Source of the DNA: Tannerellaceae bacterium
Lineage (GTDB): Bacteria > Bacteroidota > Bacteroidia > Bacteroidales > CAMTPD01
DNA length: 64,000 nucleotides
Assembly (NCBI GenBank): GCA_051656605.1
Contig: JBOGCF010000007.1
Span: forward strand, 16,556-80,555
Reading direction: 5' to 3'
The notes beneath the pieces are model-generated. The model was not told the origin of the DNA, did not search any database, and worked only from the letters and a program-made list of their open reading frames with translations. This document shows positions 38,810 through 48,669 of the stretch, in pieces. The position numbers and the translations under genes are program-made. The stretch's first letter is position 1. Each line of letters starts with the position of its first letter.

Positions 38810-39934
38810 TTAGTCATTCAACATCATTGGCATCAATAGCATTACAAGTTCTTCATCTGCCTCATTAACCATAGGCACGATAAGACCTGCACGTGATGGA
38901 TCAGCCAATTCTAATACAACCTCAGTAGCATTGATATTATTCAAAATCTCAATCAAATAAGAAGCCTTGAAACCAATACTTAGACTTACATCTCCATATT
39001 GACAGCTAATACGCTCTTCAGCTGCGGTAGAAAAGTCAACGTCTTGTGCTGAGATAATGATTTGATCTGTCACTACCTGAAACTTTACAAGGTTGCTCGA
39101 CTGACTAGAGAATACAGATACACGCTTCAATGCATTAAGCAACATGATTCTGTCTACAATTACTTTATGCGGATTTTCTTTTGGAATTACCGAGTTATAG
39201 TTTGGGTAACGTCCTTCGATAAGACGACAAGTCATCTCAAAGTTAGGCACTTTGAACAACGCATTTTTATCATCAAAACGAACTTCAACTACAGAAGATT
39301 CCTTAGCTAAGATACCTTTCAATAAATTGGCAGGTTTCTTTGGAAGAATAAAAGCCGCACGCTGTCCCGATTGCAAAGCCATATTTCTATACTTAACCAA
39401 CTTGTGACCATCTGAAGCTACGAATGTAAGATCATCTGGAGTAAGATCGAAATACACACCATTCATTACAGGACGAAGTTCATCATCGGCTGTTGCAAAG
39501 AATGTACGATTGATACCACTCAACAACATTTGGGCATCAATATTGAAAGATGCTGCATCTTCACTGAGCGTTTTATATTCCGGATAAGTATCGCCACGCT
39601 GACCGATAAAGTTGTATTTACCATTTTGAAAATAAATAAACACCTCCAAGTTTGAGTCGTCGATCGTAAATATCAGCGGTTGATCTGCTAATTCTTTTAA
39701 AGGATCTAGAAGTATCTTAGCAGAAACGGCAAAAACACCACTTCCCTCTACATTGTTTACTTCCAAAGATGTCACCATTCTTGTTTCCGCATCTGAAGCT
39801 GTAATTGAAAGCGTATTTCCTTGCAGATCGAACAGGAAGCTATCCAAGATAGGCAACGAGTTTTTTGATGCAATTACCTTGCTGATTTGTTGTAAATGCG
39901 ACAACAAAGTCATACTTGATACCTCAAATTTCAT
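38810..39934 (-). CDS. dnaN: DNA polymerase III beta sliding clamp
   Basis: LPILDSFLF, RPVMNGVY, VASDGHKL, LIEGRYPNY, LLMPM. Confidence 0.96.
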   Translation of the reverse strand: MKFEVSSMTLLSHLQQISKVIASKNSLPILDSFLFDLQGNTLSITASDAETRMVTSLEVNNVEGSGVFAVSAKILLDPLKELADQPLIFTIDDSNLEVFIYFQNGKYNFIGQRGDTYPEYKTLSEDAASFNIDAQMLLSGINRTFFATADDELRPVMNGVYFDLTPDDLTFVASDGHKLVKYRNMALQSGQRAAFILPKKPANLLKGILAKESSVVEVRFDDKNALFKVPNFEMTCRLIEGRYPNYNSVIPKENPHKVIVDRIMLLNALKRVSVFSSQSSNLVKFQVVTDQIIISAQDVDFSTAAEERISCQYGDVSLSIGFKASYLIEILNNINATEVVLELADPSRAGLIVPMVNEADEELVMLLMPMMLND

Positions 39935-40025
39935 ATCCCTTGCTATTTATAATGTTTTTCTGATTATCAATTAAATGCACATATACCGTTTCAAAACAAT
40001 ATTTATGCATACAAATTTAATAAAA

Positions 40026-40061
40026 AAAAAGAGAGACACCCTTTCGGACATCTCTCTTTTT
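40026..40061 (-). terminator. Terminator of the rpmB-rpmG-DUF4295 operon
   Basis: aaaaagagaga...tctctcttttt inverted repeat with a long T tail on the minus strand. Confidence 0.7.
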
Positions 40062-40080
40062 ATAAATTTCGTTGAGAATA

Positions 40081-40233
40081 TTACTTTGAAAAGTATTCTT
40101 TCACGTTGTCATTAGGAACCATTTCTTCTTGAAATGTGTAGGCTCCTGTCTTAGGAGATTTTACCATCTTGATAACTTTCGAAAAAGTACGTCCTTCTCC
40201 TTTTTTATACGATGCAACTGTTTTCTTTGCCAT
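40081..40233 (-). CDS. DUF4295-family small protein (50 aa), absent from the ORF track
   Basis: Manual translation MAKKTVASYKKGEGRTFSKVIKMVKSPKTGAYTFQEEMVPNDNVKEYFSK*; conserved position after rpmG in Bacteroidota. Confidence 0.88.
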   Translation of the reverse strand: MAKKTVASYKKGEGRTFSKVIKMVKSPKTGAYTFQEEMVPNDNVKEYFSK

Positions 40234-40248
40234 GATTCAATCTCCTAA

Positions 40249-40437
40249 TTACTTAATTTCTTTGTGAAGTGTTACTTTCTTAAGAATTGGGTTGTATTTT
40301 TTCAACTCGATTCTTTGAGTAGTATTCTTTCTATTCTTTGTAGTAATATATCTAGATGTTCCTGGCATACCACTTTCTTTATGCTCTGTGCACTCTAGAA
40401 TAACTTGCACTCTGTTACCTTTTGCTTTTTTTGCCAT
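40249..40437 (-). CDS. rpmG: 50S ribosomal protein L33
   Basis: [10 protein letters not shown]...[11 protein letters not shown]...LKKYNP...HKEIK. Confidence 0.96.
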   Translation of the reverse strand: MAKKAKGNRVQVILECTEHKESGMPGTSRYITTKNRKNTTQRIELKKYNPILKKVTLHKEIK

Positions 40438-40455
40438 CTTTCAATTCTCCTCTGA

Positions 40456-40695
40456 TTAAGCGTTTAAATGACCCTTTTCAGCGGCTTGTTTGATCGCTGC
40501 ATCCAAGCCTAACTTATTAATAACACGCAAGCCTGCAGCAGAAATATTCAGGCTAACCCAACAATCTTGTTCTACCCAAAAGAACTTTTTTGTAAACAAG
40601 TTGACATTGAATTTACGTTTCGTTCTTCTCTTTGAGTGAGAAACGTTATTGCCAACCATTGCTTTTTTTCCGGTAATTTGACAAATTTTAGACAT
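40456..40695 (-). CDS. rpmB: 50S ribosomal protein L28
   Basis: [10 protein letters not shown]...[19 protein letters not shown]. Confidence 0.96.
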   Translation of the reverse strand: MSKICQITGKKAMVGNNVSHSKRRTKRKFNVNLFTKKFFWVEQDCWVSLNISAAGLRVINKLGLDAAIKQAAEKGHLNA

Positions 40696-40941
40696 CGCTA
40701 TCTTTTTTAATTGTTTTATTTTTAGCTGAATCCATCAGCTTATAATAATTCAGCGCAAAGTAAATCATTTTTTCTATTATGCAACTTTTCGAACAACAGT
40801 CATCCAAACCACTTCAGCTAGCATCCGCTGAAATAGAAAAAACCGTCTACTCTGGAAGGCGATACTACTTCTCTGATCACTTTACGAGCGCAAAGGTAAT
40901 ATTATTTTTGATATTTACAACCCGTAAATGCGCATATTTTT

Positions 40942-42195
40942 TCATTTCTTGAGATCTTCTTTGATAAAATCATAGAGCATCAGTAATGCATTGCTAACAC
41001 TTCGCTGTATATTTTGCTCACGATCAATACCAAAGCGAAAACAGTGAGATTTGACTGCAACTTTAGAGGCAACTGCAACCCAAACGGTCCCCACCGGTTT
41101 TTCTGCACTTCCACCGTCAGGCCCGGCAATTCCGGAGGTCGCAACTGCATAGTCTACTCCTAAAGCCTTGACTACACCTTGAGCCATCTGCTCAACTACC
41201 GGCTCACTAACCGCCCCGTAATTCAGAAGATCATTCTCTTTTACTCCTAGCACAGCATGCTTCACATCATTGTGATAAGAAACTACACTACCTTTATAAT
41301 AAGCTGATGATCCAGAGTTGGCCGTAATCGATGCAGCAATTGCCCCACCTGTACAACTCTCGGCTGTCGCCATATATTTTCCAGAATCCAGCAAAAGCTG
41401 ACCAATCACGCGTTGCAACGAAATATCATCGTGCGCGAAGATTGCATCTCCAAGCAACCCTTCTAGTTTTTGCAAATATTTATCTGCAATCTGATTACAT
41501 TCAACTTCATCTTGCAAATAAACAGAAATACGAAGTCGGATCATCCCATACGAAGGAAGATAAGCCAGCTTGGCTTTATAAGAAAGCTCTGCCTCAAAAT
41601 CGGCCAAATAAATTGCGAGAGCTGACTCAGTATAACCTTTAACCCACACAGTACGATGTGCGACATACAAATCTTGTTTATATTGTGCTGCAATACGGGG
41701 AAGAATACATTCTTGCATAGCCCACTTCATTTCCGAAGGCACACCTGGCAAAGAAACCACAACCTTCCCATCGGCTTCAAACCATGTAATAGGGGCTGTC
41801 CCAACTGCATTGACAAATACAACTGCATTTTCAGGAACATAAGCCTGACTATAAGTGAGCTCATTCATAGACTTCCCCCACTTCACAAACATCGATTCAT
41901 TCGAAACTAACACATCTTGATTAAGCACCAATCGCGTTTTGAAGTAATCGCATAAAACCTTTTTTGTTATATCGTCTTTAGTCGGACCTAATCCTCCGGT
42001 TAAGAAAACGATATCAGACCGAAGCAAAGCCAAATCCAGCGCATTTGTGATTTCAGTCGCATCGTCTCCAATAGCTACCTTTCGCACTACCCTTACCCCT
42101 GCAGGCTCTAAAGCTTTTGCCATCCAAGCAGAGTTTGTATCAACAACCTGCCCTATAAGCAACTCGTCTCCTATTGTTATAATTTCTGCATTCAT
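40942..42195 (-). CDS. cinA: CinA-family protein (molybdopterin-binding domain plus NMN deamidase)
   Basis: IITIGDELLIG, TGGLGPTKDD, LPGVPSEM, ATAESCTGG, SGIAGPDGG. Confidence 0.93.
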   Translation of the reverse strand: MNAEIITIGDELLIGQVVDTNSAWMAKALEPAGVRVVRKVAIGDDATEITNALDLALLRSDIVFLTGGLGPTKDDITKKVLCDYFKTRLVLNQDVLVSNESMFVKWGKSMNELTYSQAYVPENAVVFVNAVGTAPITWFEADGKVVVSLPGVPSEMKWAMQECILPRIAAQYKQDLYVAHRTVWVKGYTESALAIYLADFEAELSYKAKLAYLPSYGMIRLRISVYLQDEVECNQIADKYLQKLEGLLGDAIFAHDDISLQRVIGQLLLDSGKYMATAESCTGGAIAASITANSGSSAYYKGSVVSYHNDVKHAVLGVKENDLLNYGAVSEPVVEQMAQGVVKALGVDYAVATSGIAGPDGGSAEKPVGTVWVAVASKVAVKSHCFRFGIDREQNIQRSVSNALLMLYDFIKEDLKK

Positions 42196-42245
42196 GATAT
42201 ACTTGAATTATCTCATTGTAATAGCAGAGAAAACAGCTCTTTTGT

Positions 42246-43265
42246 TTACATTGTCACACGTGCATAAGGAGCTGCATCCATACCACAAAAATCTTGATCG
42301 AAATATTTATAGTAACCAGTAATAGCAACCATTGCTGCATTATCGGTCGTATAAGCAAATTTAGGAATATGGATTTTCCAACCAAATCGTTTTGCATGAT
42401 CTTCAAAAGATGCGCGCAATCCTGAGTTTGCCGAAACACCACCAGCCACTGCAACTTCCTTAATACCTAGATCTTTCGCTGCTTTACGCAGCTTATCCAT
42501 CAATATTTCGATCACAGTATATTGTAGCGAAGCACACAAATCTGCTTTATTTTCTTCGATAAAGTTTGGATTCTCCTTTAAATGATCTCTCAACAGATAC
42601 AAGAAAGAAGTCTTTAGTCCGCTAAAGCTATAATTATAACCCGGAATATGTGGTTTATTAAATTTAAAAGCATGCGGATTCCCTTCCTTAGCAAGACGAT
42701 CTACGACTGGTCCTCCAGGATAACCAAGACCCATCACTTTTGCACATTTATCAAAAGCCTCTCCGGCTGCATCATCAATTGTTTGGCCAATCACTTCCAT
42801 ATCGCTATGCGAACGCAATAATATAATCTGTGAATTGCCTCCCGAAACCAACAAACACAAAAATGGAAAACTAGGTTGATCCATGTCTGCTTCATCTTCT
42901 TTAATGAAGTGTGCCAACACATGTGCTTGCAAGTGATTGATATCAATCATCGGTATATTTAACGATGCCGCAAAACCTTTAGCAAAAGAAGTCCCAACCA
43001 ATAGCGACCCCATCAACCCGGGACCACGTGTAAATGCGATGGCTGAGAGCTCCGATTTATCTACTCCGGCACGCTTAAGCGCCTCAGATACAACCGGTAT
43101 TATATTTTGTTGATGAGCGCGTGAAGCCAACTCGGGTACTACACCTCCATACGCCTCATGCACAGCCTGACTAGAGATTACATTCGACAAAATAACGCCG
43201 TTTCTAATCACCGATGCCGATGTATCATCACAAGAAGATTCTATCCCTAATATCGTAACGTCCAT
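42246..43265 (-). CDS. tsaD: tRNA N6-adenosine threonylcarbamoyltransferase TsaD
   Basis: ILGIESSCDDT, GGVVPELASRAH, NHLQAH, DDAAGEAFDK, DNAAM. Confidence 0.96.
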   Translation of the reverse strand: MDVTILGIESSCDDTSASVIRNGVILSNVISSQAVHEAYGGVVPELASRAHQQNIIPVVSEALKRAGVDKSELSAIAFTRGPGLMGSLLVGTSFAKGFAASLNIPMIDINHLQAHVLAHFIKEDEADMDQPSFPFLCLLVSGGNSQIILLRSHSDMEVIGQTIDDAAGEAFDKCAKVMGLGYPGGPVVDRLAKEGNPHAFKFNKPHIPGYNYSFSGLKTSFLYLLRDHLKENPNFIEENKADLCASLQYTVIEILMDKLRKAAKDLGIKEVAVAGGVSANSGLRASFEDHAKRFGWKIHIPKFAYTTDNAAMVAITGYYKYFDQDFCGMDAAPYARVTM

Positions 43266-43342
43266 ACTTCTATTTTTTTATGCAAATAAACAAAATCTAT
43301 CGCTAATTTGTCGTAGTTTTGTGATTAAAATAAGATAAAGAT

Positions 43343-46300
43343 ATCAGAGGAATTAAATATATACTAATCGCGCTGCTTTCCCTTATATGGATATTTTATG
43401 CAGCCCCAACCCTACTCCTGAAAATACCATTTGTTCAGGAGAAGGTGGCTTCTATTGCCTCGAACGAATTGAAAAAGATTCTACACACTGACGTTTCGAT
43501 AGGCAGGGTTAACTTCACTCCTTTTTCTCGTATTGTACTAGAAAACTTGTATCTGCAAGATCAGCAGGGTGATTCGTTATTTACAGCCAATCATGTTTCA
43601 GCCGCGCTGGATATACTCCCTCTTTTTGACGGAAAATTATCTTTTTCATCAATCAGACTTTTAGGACTGGATGTAAGATTGGCCAAAGAAACGCCACAAT
43701 CGCCATTAAATCTGAAGTTTGTCATTGACGCCTTTGCAAGTAAAGATACCGTAAAGAAAGAGAAAAAGCTTATTGATCTTTGCTTCAATTCTGTAGCAAT
43801 AAGACGTAGTAAGTTTTCATATCATGTAAAGAACGCACCACAAACACCTGGTAAGTTCAATGCCAAACATGTTGATATCGAAAATATCAGTGCCAAAATA
43901 TCCCTCAAAGCTATAAACAAAGATTCGATTGATGCACAAATCGAACGCTTAAGTCTTGACGAAGCATCGGGCGTACACCTAAACAAGTTAGCATTAGATG
44001 TCAAAGCCAATCGGGATAGTGCGTTGCTTTCTAATCTAACCATTAAACTCCCGAATACAGATTTTACAATCAACAATACAAGCATACACTATTCGGGAAT
44101 CGATAGTATTTCTGGCATTGTTGAGTATGCTCCTATTCAATTAAACATTGCACCATCAAGGATTACGCCCAAAGATATCTCGGCGTTTGTTCCTGCGTTG
44201 CGCAACTTTACAGAGTCAATTGATTTATCAGGACATGCGGATGGTTCGATAAACAACATTGATCTAAATCAGCTAACCTTGCGTTATGGAGACATGATGT
44301 TCTTTCAAGGTGCCATGAATCTGAAAGGAATCAGACATCCTGAAGAAGCTTATATATTTGGCTCTGTAAAAAACATGTTTATCACTACCGAAGGAGTAAA
44401 TCGTATCGTAAACAACTTTTCAGACAAAAAGGTAGTACTACCTCAAGAGGTGGAAAAACTTGGAATAATTCGATTTGATGGAGAGATCTCCGGCTTCTTT
44501 GACAATTTGGTTGCCTTTGGTAAATTTAGAACGGATGTAGGTTCTATCCGTACCGATATAAATGTAGGTAGTGATAAAGATAAAGGCATCGGAACATTTA
44601 TCAAAGGAAAGCTATCCACTTCAGACATAAAACTGAATCAGCTCTTAAAAGAAAACAACCCTTTTGGAATTGTAAACCTAAACGTTGAACTTAACGCCGT
44701 TCGCCCTATAAATGGAGATATACATGGCGACGTAAATGCAAATATCAAGCAATTTGATTTCAAAGGTTATCGCTACAACAACATTAGCATTGTTGGAGCA
44801 TTTGCTCCAAAAGAATTTAACGGAAGCCTAATTATCGCAGACCCAAACGGTCAGTTGTTTGCATCAGGCTTATTTAGCAACATGGGCAAAGTTCCAGAAT
44901 TTAACTTCGAAGCTCAGTTGCAAAACATTCGTCTCGACAGCTTACATTTGACCAATAAATACGATACACCGGATCTTTCTGCTTCATTAAAAGCAAACTT
45001 CACCGGAAACAACATCGACAATCTTGAGGGAGACATCGAAATATCAGACTTGAGTTTTAAAACAGCTCAAGACAGTTTCTTGGTGAAGAACCTAGACATT
45101 ATTGCATCGGGCGTATCTTCAGATCGACATCTAAACATCAAGTCTGATGTTCTAAATGCAGAAATATCGGGAGCATACTCATTCAAAACCATTGTTCCGA
45201 GCATCATGAACACATTCCGTGAATATGTCCCAGCTCTGATCAATGCAACTCAAAAGAATCTGTCTACTGAAATAAATAATTTCTCGATGCAATTGACTAT
45301 CGAGAATACAGAGCGTATCTCCTCTACCCTAAAGCTTCCTGTTACGATAGAGAATCAAGTGCGCCTTCTGGCTCATTATAACAATAGCTATAATAAGTTC
45401 AGAGTAGAAGGATATCTACCTAAGTTCAGAGTAGGCAAAAGCAAGTTTGAATCGGGTTATCTCATTGCAGAAAACCCTCAAAAGAAAGCGACTATAGAAA
45501 TACGAGCTGTCAATTACAACGACAATGGGCTCAAGAATAAAGTAAACGTATCTCTAGATGCCGAAAACGACTATTTGAATACATTTATTTCATGGGCTAA
45601 TAACAAAGCCGAAACGTATAAAGCCGATATCTCTACGACGACTCACTTCGTTACAGTACAAGAAACAGAGAAGCGCAACGCTAAAAAGAATTTACGCACC
45701 GAGATTGCAATCAACCCAACAGCTGTCGTAATCAAAGACTCTGTTTGGAGCATAGCACCCTCAAACGTAATTATAGAGAACAAAACCATAATGATTGACA
45801 ATTTCGAGATTGGGCACAATCAAGAGTTTGCTTTAATAGATGGTATTGTATCAGAGAACCCACTAGACACGCTCAACCTGCAATTAAAAGACATCGAACT
45901 GGCTTACATTTTTGATGTTCTCAACATCCCTGCTCTTCAATTTAGTGGAGTTGCAAACGGCAAATTCAACATCTCTGACTTAAAAGAAAGTCAGATGCTA
46001 AATACAGACTTGAATATCGAAAACTTCGGGTTCAACGGCGTTACTCTAGGCCGACTCAACTTATTTAGCGAATGGGATCATACACAGCAAGGCATTATGA
46101 TGTTGGGTAGTATCCATAAGAACGATAGTGTATGGACCGACGTAAACGGATACATCTACCCTATCAAACAAGGACTATCGCTTTATTTCGATGCGAATGA
46201 TCTCAACATAGCCTTCCTCCAACCATTTTTGCAAAACGTGGCAAAAGACCTTCAAGGGTATGGAACAGGATTGGTTCATTTGTATGGACCCTTTAGCGAT

Positions 46301-47914
46301 CTTACTGTACAAGGAAAGGCATATCTTAAAGACGCCGGACTAGGTATCGAGTTCCTGAATACATACTATACATTCAGCGACTCGGTCTACCTCGATCCCG
46401 ATAGTATTTATGTTAAGAATCTTTCGCTAAGTGATAAATTCGGAAACAAAGCAACCGTAAACGGACACTTCAATCATAAACATTTTCGTGACTTTAACTT
46501 CGGAGTGCAGCTGCAAACACCAAATCTTTTGATGTATAATGCAACTGAAAAACAAAATCCGCTGATGTACGGAACAGTATTTGGCTCAGGTAGTGCGACG
46601 ATTGCAGGAGATGAAAAGATAATCAATATGAATGTCAATGTGCGTAGTAATCCAAACTCATCTATCGGTATGAACTTTATGAGTGGAACTTCTGTCGCAG
46701 ATTATGACTTCATCACATTTGTCGATAAAAACCCAGTTACCGATTCGACCGAACAGGTAAACGACACAATCACACTAGGTGAGCGATTCAAGCTAAACAT
46801 GAGCAAGTTGGCTCAGAATACTGCTGCCGAACTTCGGATGAACTTTCGACTTGATGTCACGCCGGAGCTTACCATTGATATGATTGTAGACCCAATAAGC
46901 GGCGACAAAATCAGAGGTACAGGTAGCGGGAGCTTACTAGTTGAATTCGGCACAAAATCTGACTTGAAAATGTTTGGGAATTATACCATTCAACAAGGCA
47001 ACTATAACTTTAGCTTACAGCAAGTAATACACCGCGACTTCAAAATCAGAGAAGGAAGTACGATCTCATTCCGTGGAGATCCGTTGGATGCGAGCTTGAA
47101 CGTAGATGCACTTTACACGCTTACGGCATACCTAGGAGACCTTGATGAGCGCTTGGCTCAAGAAAGTGCTCGCCTTAACGTTCCGGTAAACTGTATCTTG
47201 AAGATTCAAAATAAACTAAGCGATCCTAAGCTATCGTTCGACCTAGAATTACCCTCTTCGAGCCCGGAACTAGAGCGACAAGTACAGTCGCTTATTACGA
47301 CGGAAGATATGATGAGTCGTCAGATTATGTATTTGCTTATTCTGAGCAAATTCTATACACCTGACGTAAACACTCAAACGGGGAAAACCTCTTCCAACTT
47401 TGCTTCGGTTGCATCCTCTACCATCTCGTCTCAATTGTCGAGCATCCTCAACAGTATAACGGACAAAGTACAGATAGGAACCAACATCAAAGCTAATGAT
47501 GCAACATTTGACGACACTGAGGTTGAGTTGATGCTATCGAGTCAACTACTTAATAACCGACTGATCTTTAACGGAAACTTCGGCTACAAGAACAATCCAA
47601 ATATTCAGTCATTTGTAGGAGATTTTGACCTCGAGTACAAATTAACTAAAAGTGGTGAAGTTCGTTTGAAGGCATACAACCATTACAACGACATGTACAA
47701 GTACCTCAACTCGTCACAAACGACACAAGGATTGGGCATTATGCTCAAAAAAGACTTCAATCGTCCAAAAGAGATATTCCTTACACGTAAAAAGCTTTTA
47801 CTAATGAAGAAGCTCGAACAAGAACGCCGAAAGAAACAAGCTGAAGAAGAACAGAAACAAAAAGAGCAAGCACAAGAGACTACTTGGATTTACATGAAGA
47901 AGGATGATGAGTAA
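43343..47914 (+). CDS. tamB: TamB/AsmA-like translocation and assembly module protein; start uncertain (non-AUG at 43343 or 43352, or GTG at 43445)
   Basis: About 1500-aa beta-rich protein with a DUF490-like C-terminus (GDPLDA, LLNNRLIFNGNFGY, VGDFDLEYKL); frame open from 43334 and encodes an N-terminal membrane anchor upstream of the first GTG. Confidence 0.8.
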   Translation: MRGIKYILIALLSLIWIFYAAPTLLLKIPFVQEKVASIASNELKKILHTDVSIGRVNFTPFSRIVLENLYLQDQQGDSLFTANHVSAALDILPLFDGKLSFSSIRLLGLDVRLAKETPQSPLNLKFVIDAFASKDTVKKEKKLIDLCFNSVAIRRSKFSYHVKNAPQTPGKFNAKHVDIENISAKISLKAINKDSIDAQIERLSLDEASGVHLNKLALDVKANRDSALLSNLTIKLPNTDFTINNTSIHYSGIDSISGIVEYAPIQLNIAPSRITPKDISAFVPALRNFTESIDLSGHADGSINNIDLNQLTLRYGDMMFFQGAMNLKGIRHPEEAYIFGSVKNMFITTEGVNRIVNNFSDKKVVLPQEVEKLGIIRFDGEISGFFDNLVAFGKFRTDVGSIRTDINVGSDKDKGIGTFIKGKLSTSDIKLNQLLKENNPFGIVNLNVELNAVRPINGDIHGDVNANIKQFDFKGYRYNNISIVGAFAPKEFNGSLIIADPNGQLFASGLFSNMGKVPEFNFEAQLQNIRLDSLHLTNKYDTPDLSASLKANFTGNNIDNLEGDIEISDLSFKTAQDSFLVKNLDIIASGVSSDRHLNIKSDVLNAEISGAYSFKTIVPSIMNTFREYVPALINATQKNLSTEINNFSMQLTIENTERISSTLKLPVTIENQVRLLAHYNNSYNKFRVEGYLPKFRVGKSKFESGYLIAENPQKKATIEIRAVNYNDNGLKNKVNVSLDAENDYLNTFISWANNKAETYKADISTTTHFVTVQETEKRNAKKNLRTEIAINPTAVVIKDSVWSIAPSNVIIENKTIMIDNFEIGHNQEFALIDGIVSENPLDTLNLQLKDIELAYIFDVLNIPALQFSGVANGKFNISDLKESQMLNTDLNIENFGFNGVTLGRLNLFSEWDHTQQGIMMLGSIHKNDSVWTDVNGYIYPIKQGLSLYFDANDLNIAFLQPFLQNVAKDLQGYGTGLVHLYGPFSDLTVQGKAYLKDAGLGIEFLNTYYTFSDSVYLDPDSIYVKNLSLSDKFGNKATVNGHFNHKHFRDFNFGVQLQTPNLLMYNATEKQNPLMYGTVFGSGSATIAGDEKIINMNVNVRSNPNSSIGMNFMSGTSVADYDFITFVDKNPVTDSTEQVNDTITLGERFKLNMSKLAQNTAAELRMNFRLDVTPELTIDMIVDPISGDKIRGTGSGSLLVEFGTKSDLKMFGNYTIQQGNYNFSLQQVIHRDFKIREGSTISFRGDPLDASLNVDALYTLTAYLGDLDERLAQESARLNVPVNCILKIQNKLSDPKLSFDLELPSSSPELERQVQSLITTEDMMSRQIMYLLILSKFYTPDVNTQTGKTSSNFASVASSTISSQLSSILNSITDKVQIGTNIKANDATFDDTEVELMLSSQLLNNRLIFNGNFGYKNNPNIQSFVGDFDLEYKLTKSGEVRLKAYNHYNDMYKYLNSSQTTQGLGIMLKKDFNRPKEIFLTRKKLLLMKKLEQERRKKQAEEEQKQKEQAQETTWIYMKKDDE

Positions 47915-47951
47915 TCCTCTGGAATATTAAAATATAACTAAGCATAGAACA

Positions 47952-48037
47952 AATCGTCAGGTGCCGACCTGACGATTATAAACACACGAAGAGAGAATTG
48001 TCAGATGCCGACCTGACGATTCTCTCTTCGTGTGTTT
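47952..48037. repeat. Duplicated 26-bp palindromic unit; the second copy caps a long hairpin (REP-like element or terminator)
   Basis: aatcgtcaggt-gccg-acctgacgatt (47952-47977) and aattgtcagat-gccg-acctgacgatt (47996-48021), the latter flanked by aaacacacgaagagag/ctctcttcgtgtgttt. Confidence 0.85.
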
Positions 48038-48141
48038 TGTTTGTATTGGTAGGCATAAAGCATCAGAAGCAAAAAGGAAACTAAAATTGGAATGAGTATA
48101 AATTTCGGATTGAATTCATTTGATTATTTAAAATAATCCTT

Positions 48142-48149
48142 TATATTTG
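48142..48149 (+). promoter_or_regulatory. Sigma-A -7 element of the Fur/PerR-rubrerythrin operon
   Basis: tatatttg matches TAnnTTTG; tttg at 48119-48122 as a possible -33 element. Confidence 0.6.
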
Positions 48150-48192
48150 CGACAGAAATAAATATGTATCCAATTCAAATCCGACTATAATT

Positions 48193-48630
48193 ATGGCAAA
48201 CTTCATTAAGGAACATCTCCTTAAATATGGAATAAAACCGTCATTACAACGCATGGCTGTAATGAATTATTTGATGCAACACAAAACGCATCCTACAGCT
48301 GAAGAGATCTTCAACGACCTCTACCCTGTAATTCCAACGCTATCAAAAACAACTGTATACAATACACTTAAGCTATTCGCAGAACATAACGCAATCTTGT
48401 GCATTCAAATTGATGATAAAAACGCTCGCTATGATGCAGATACATCAAGCCATGCACACTTCCGTTGTAAATCATGTGGATGCATTCACGACCTTAAAAT
48501 CGAAGGTCTTGAAACAATTCATATCGAAAACTATGGTGAACTTACAGTTACAGAGTGCCATATTTACTACAAAGGTTATTGCAAAGACTGCCTTGAAAAA
48601 CAGGCTAATGAAAACGAAAACAACAACTAA
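48193..48630 (+). CDS. Fur-family regulator (PerR-like)
   Basis: HPTAEEI, TLSKTTVYNTL, HAHFRCKSC, YKGYCKDC; upstream of a rubrerythrin. Confidence 0.9.
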   Translation: MANFIKEHLLKYGIKPSLQRMAVMNYLMQHKTHPTAEEIFNDLYPVIPTLSKTTVYNTLKLFAEHNAILCIQIDDKNARYDADTSSHAHFRCKSCGCIHDLKIEGLETIHIENYGELTVTECHIYYKGYCKDCLEKQANENENNN

Positions 48631-48669
48631 TTAACTCGAAAATAGTAATCTATTTTAAACGTATCTCTA

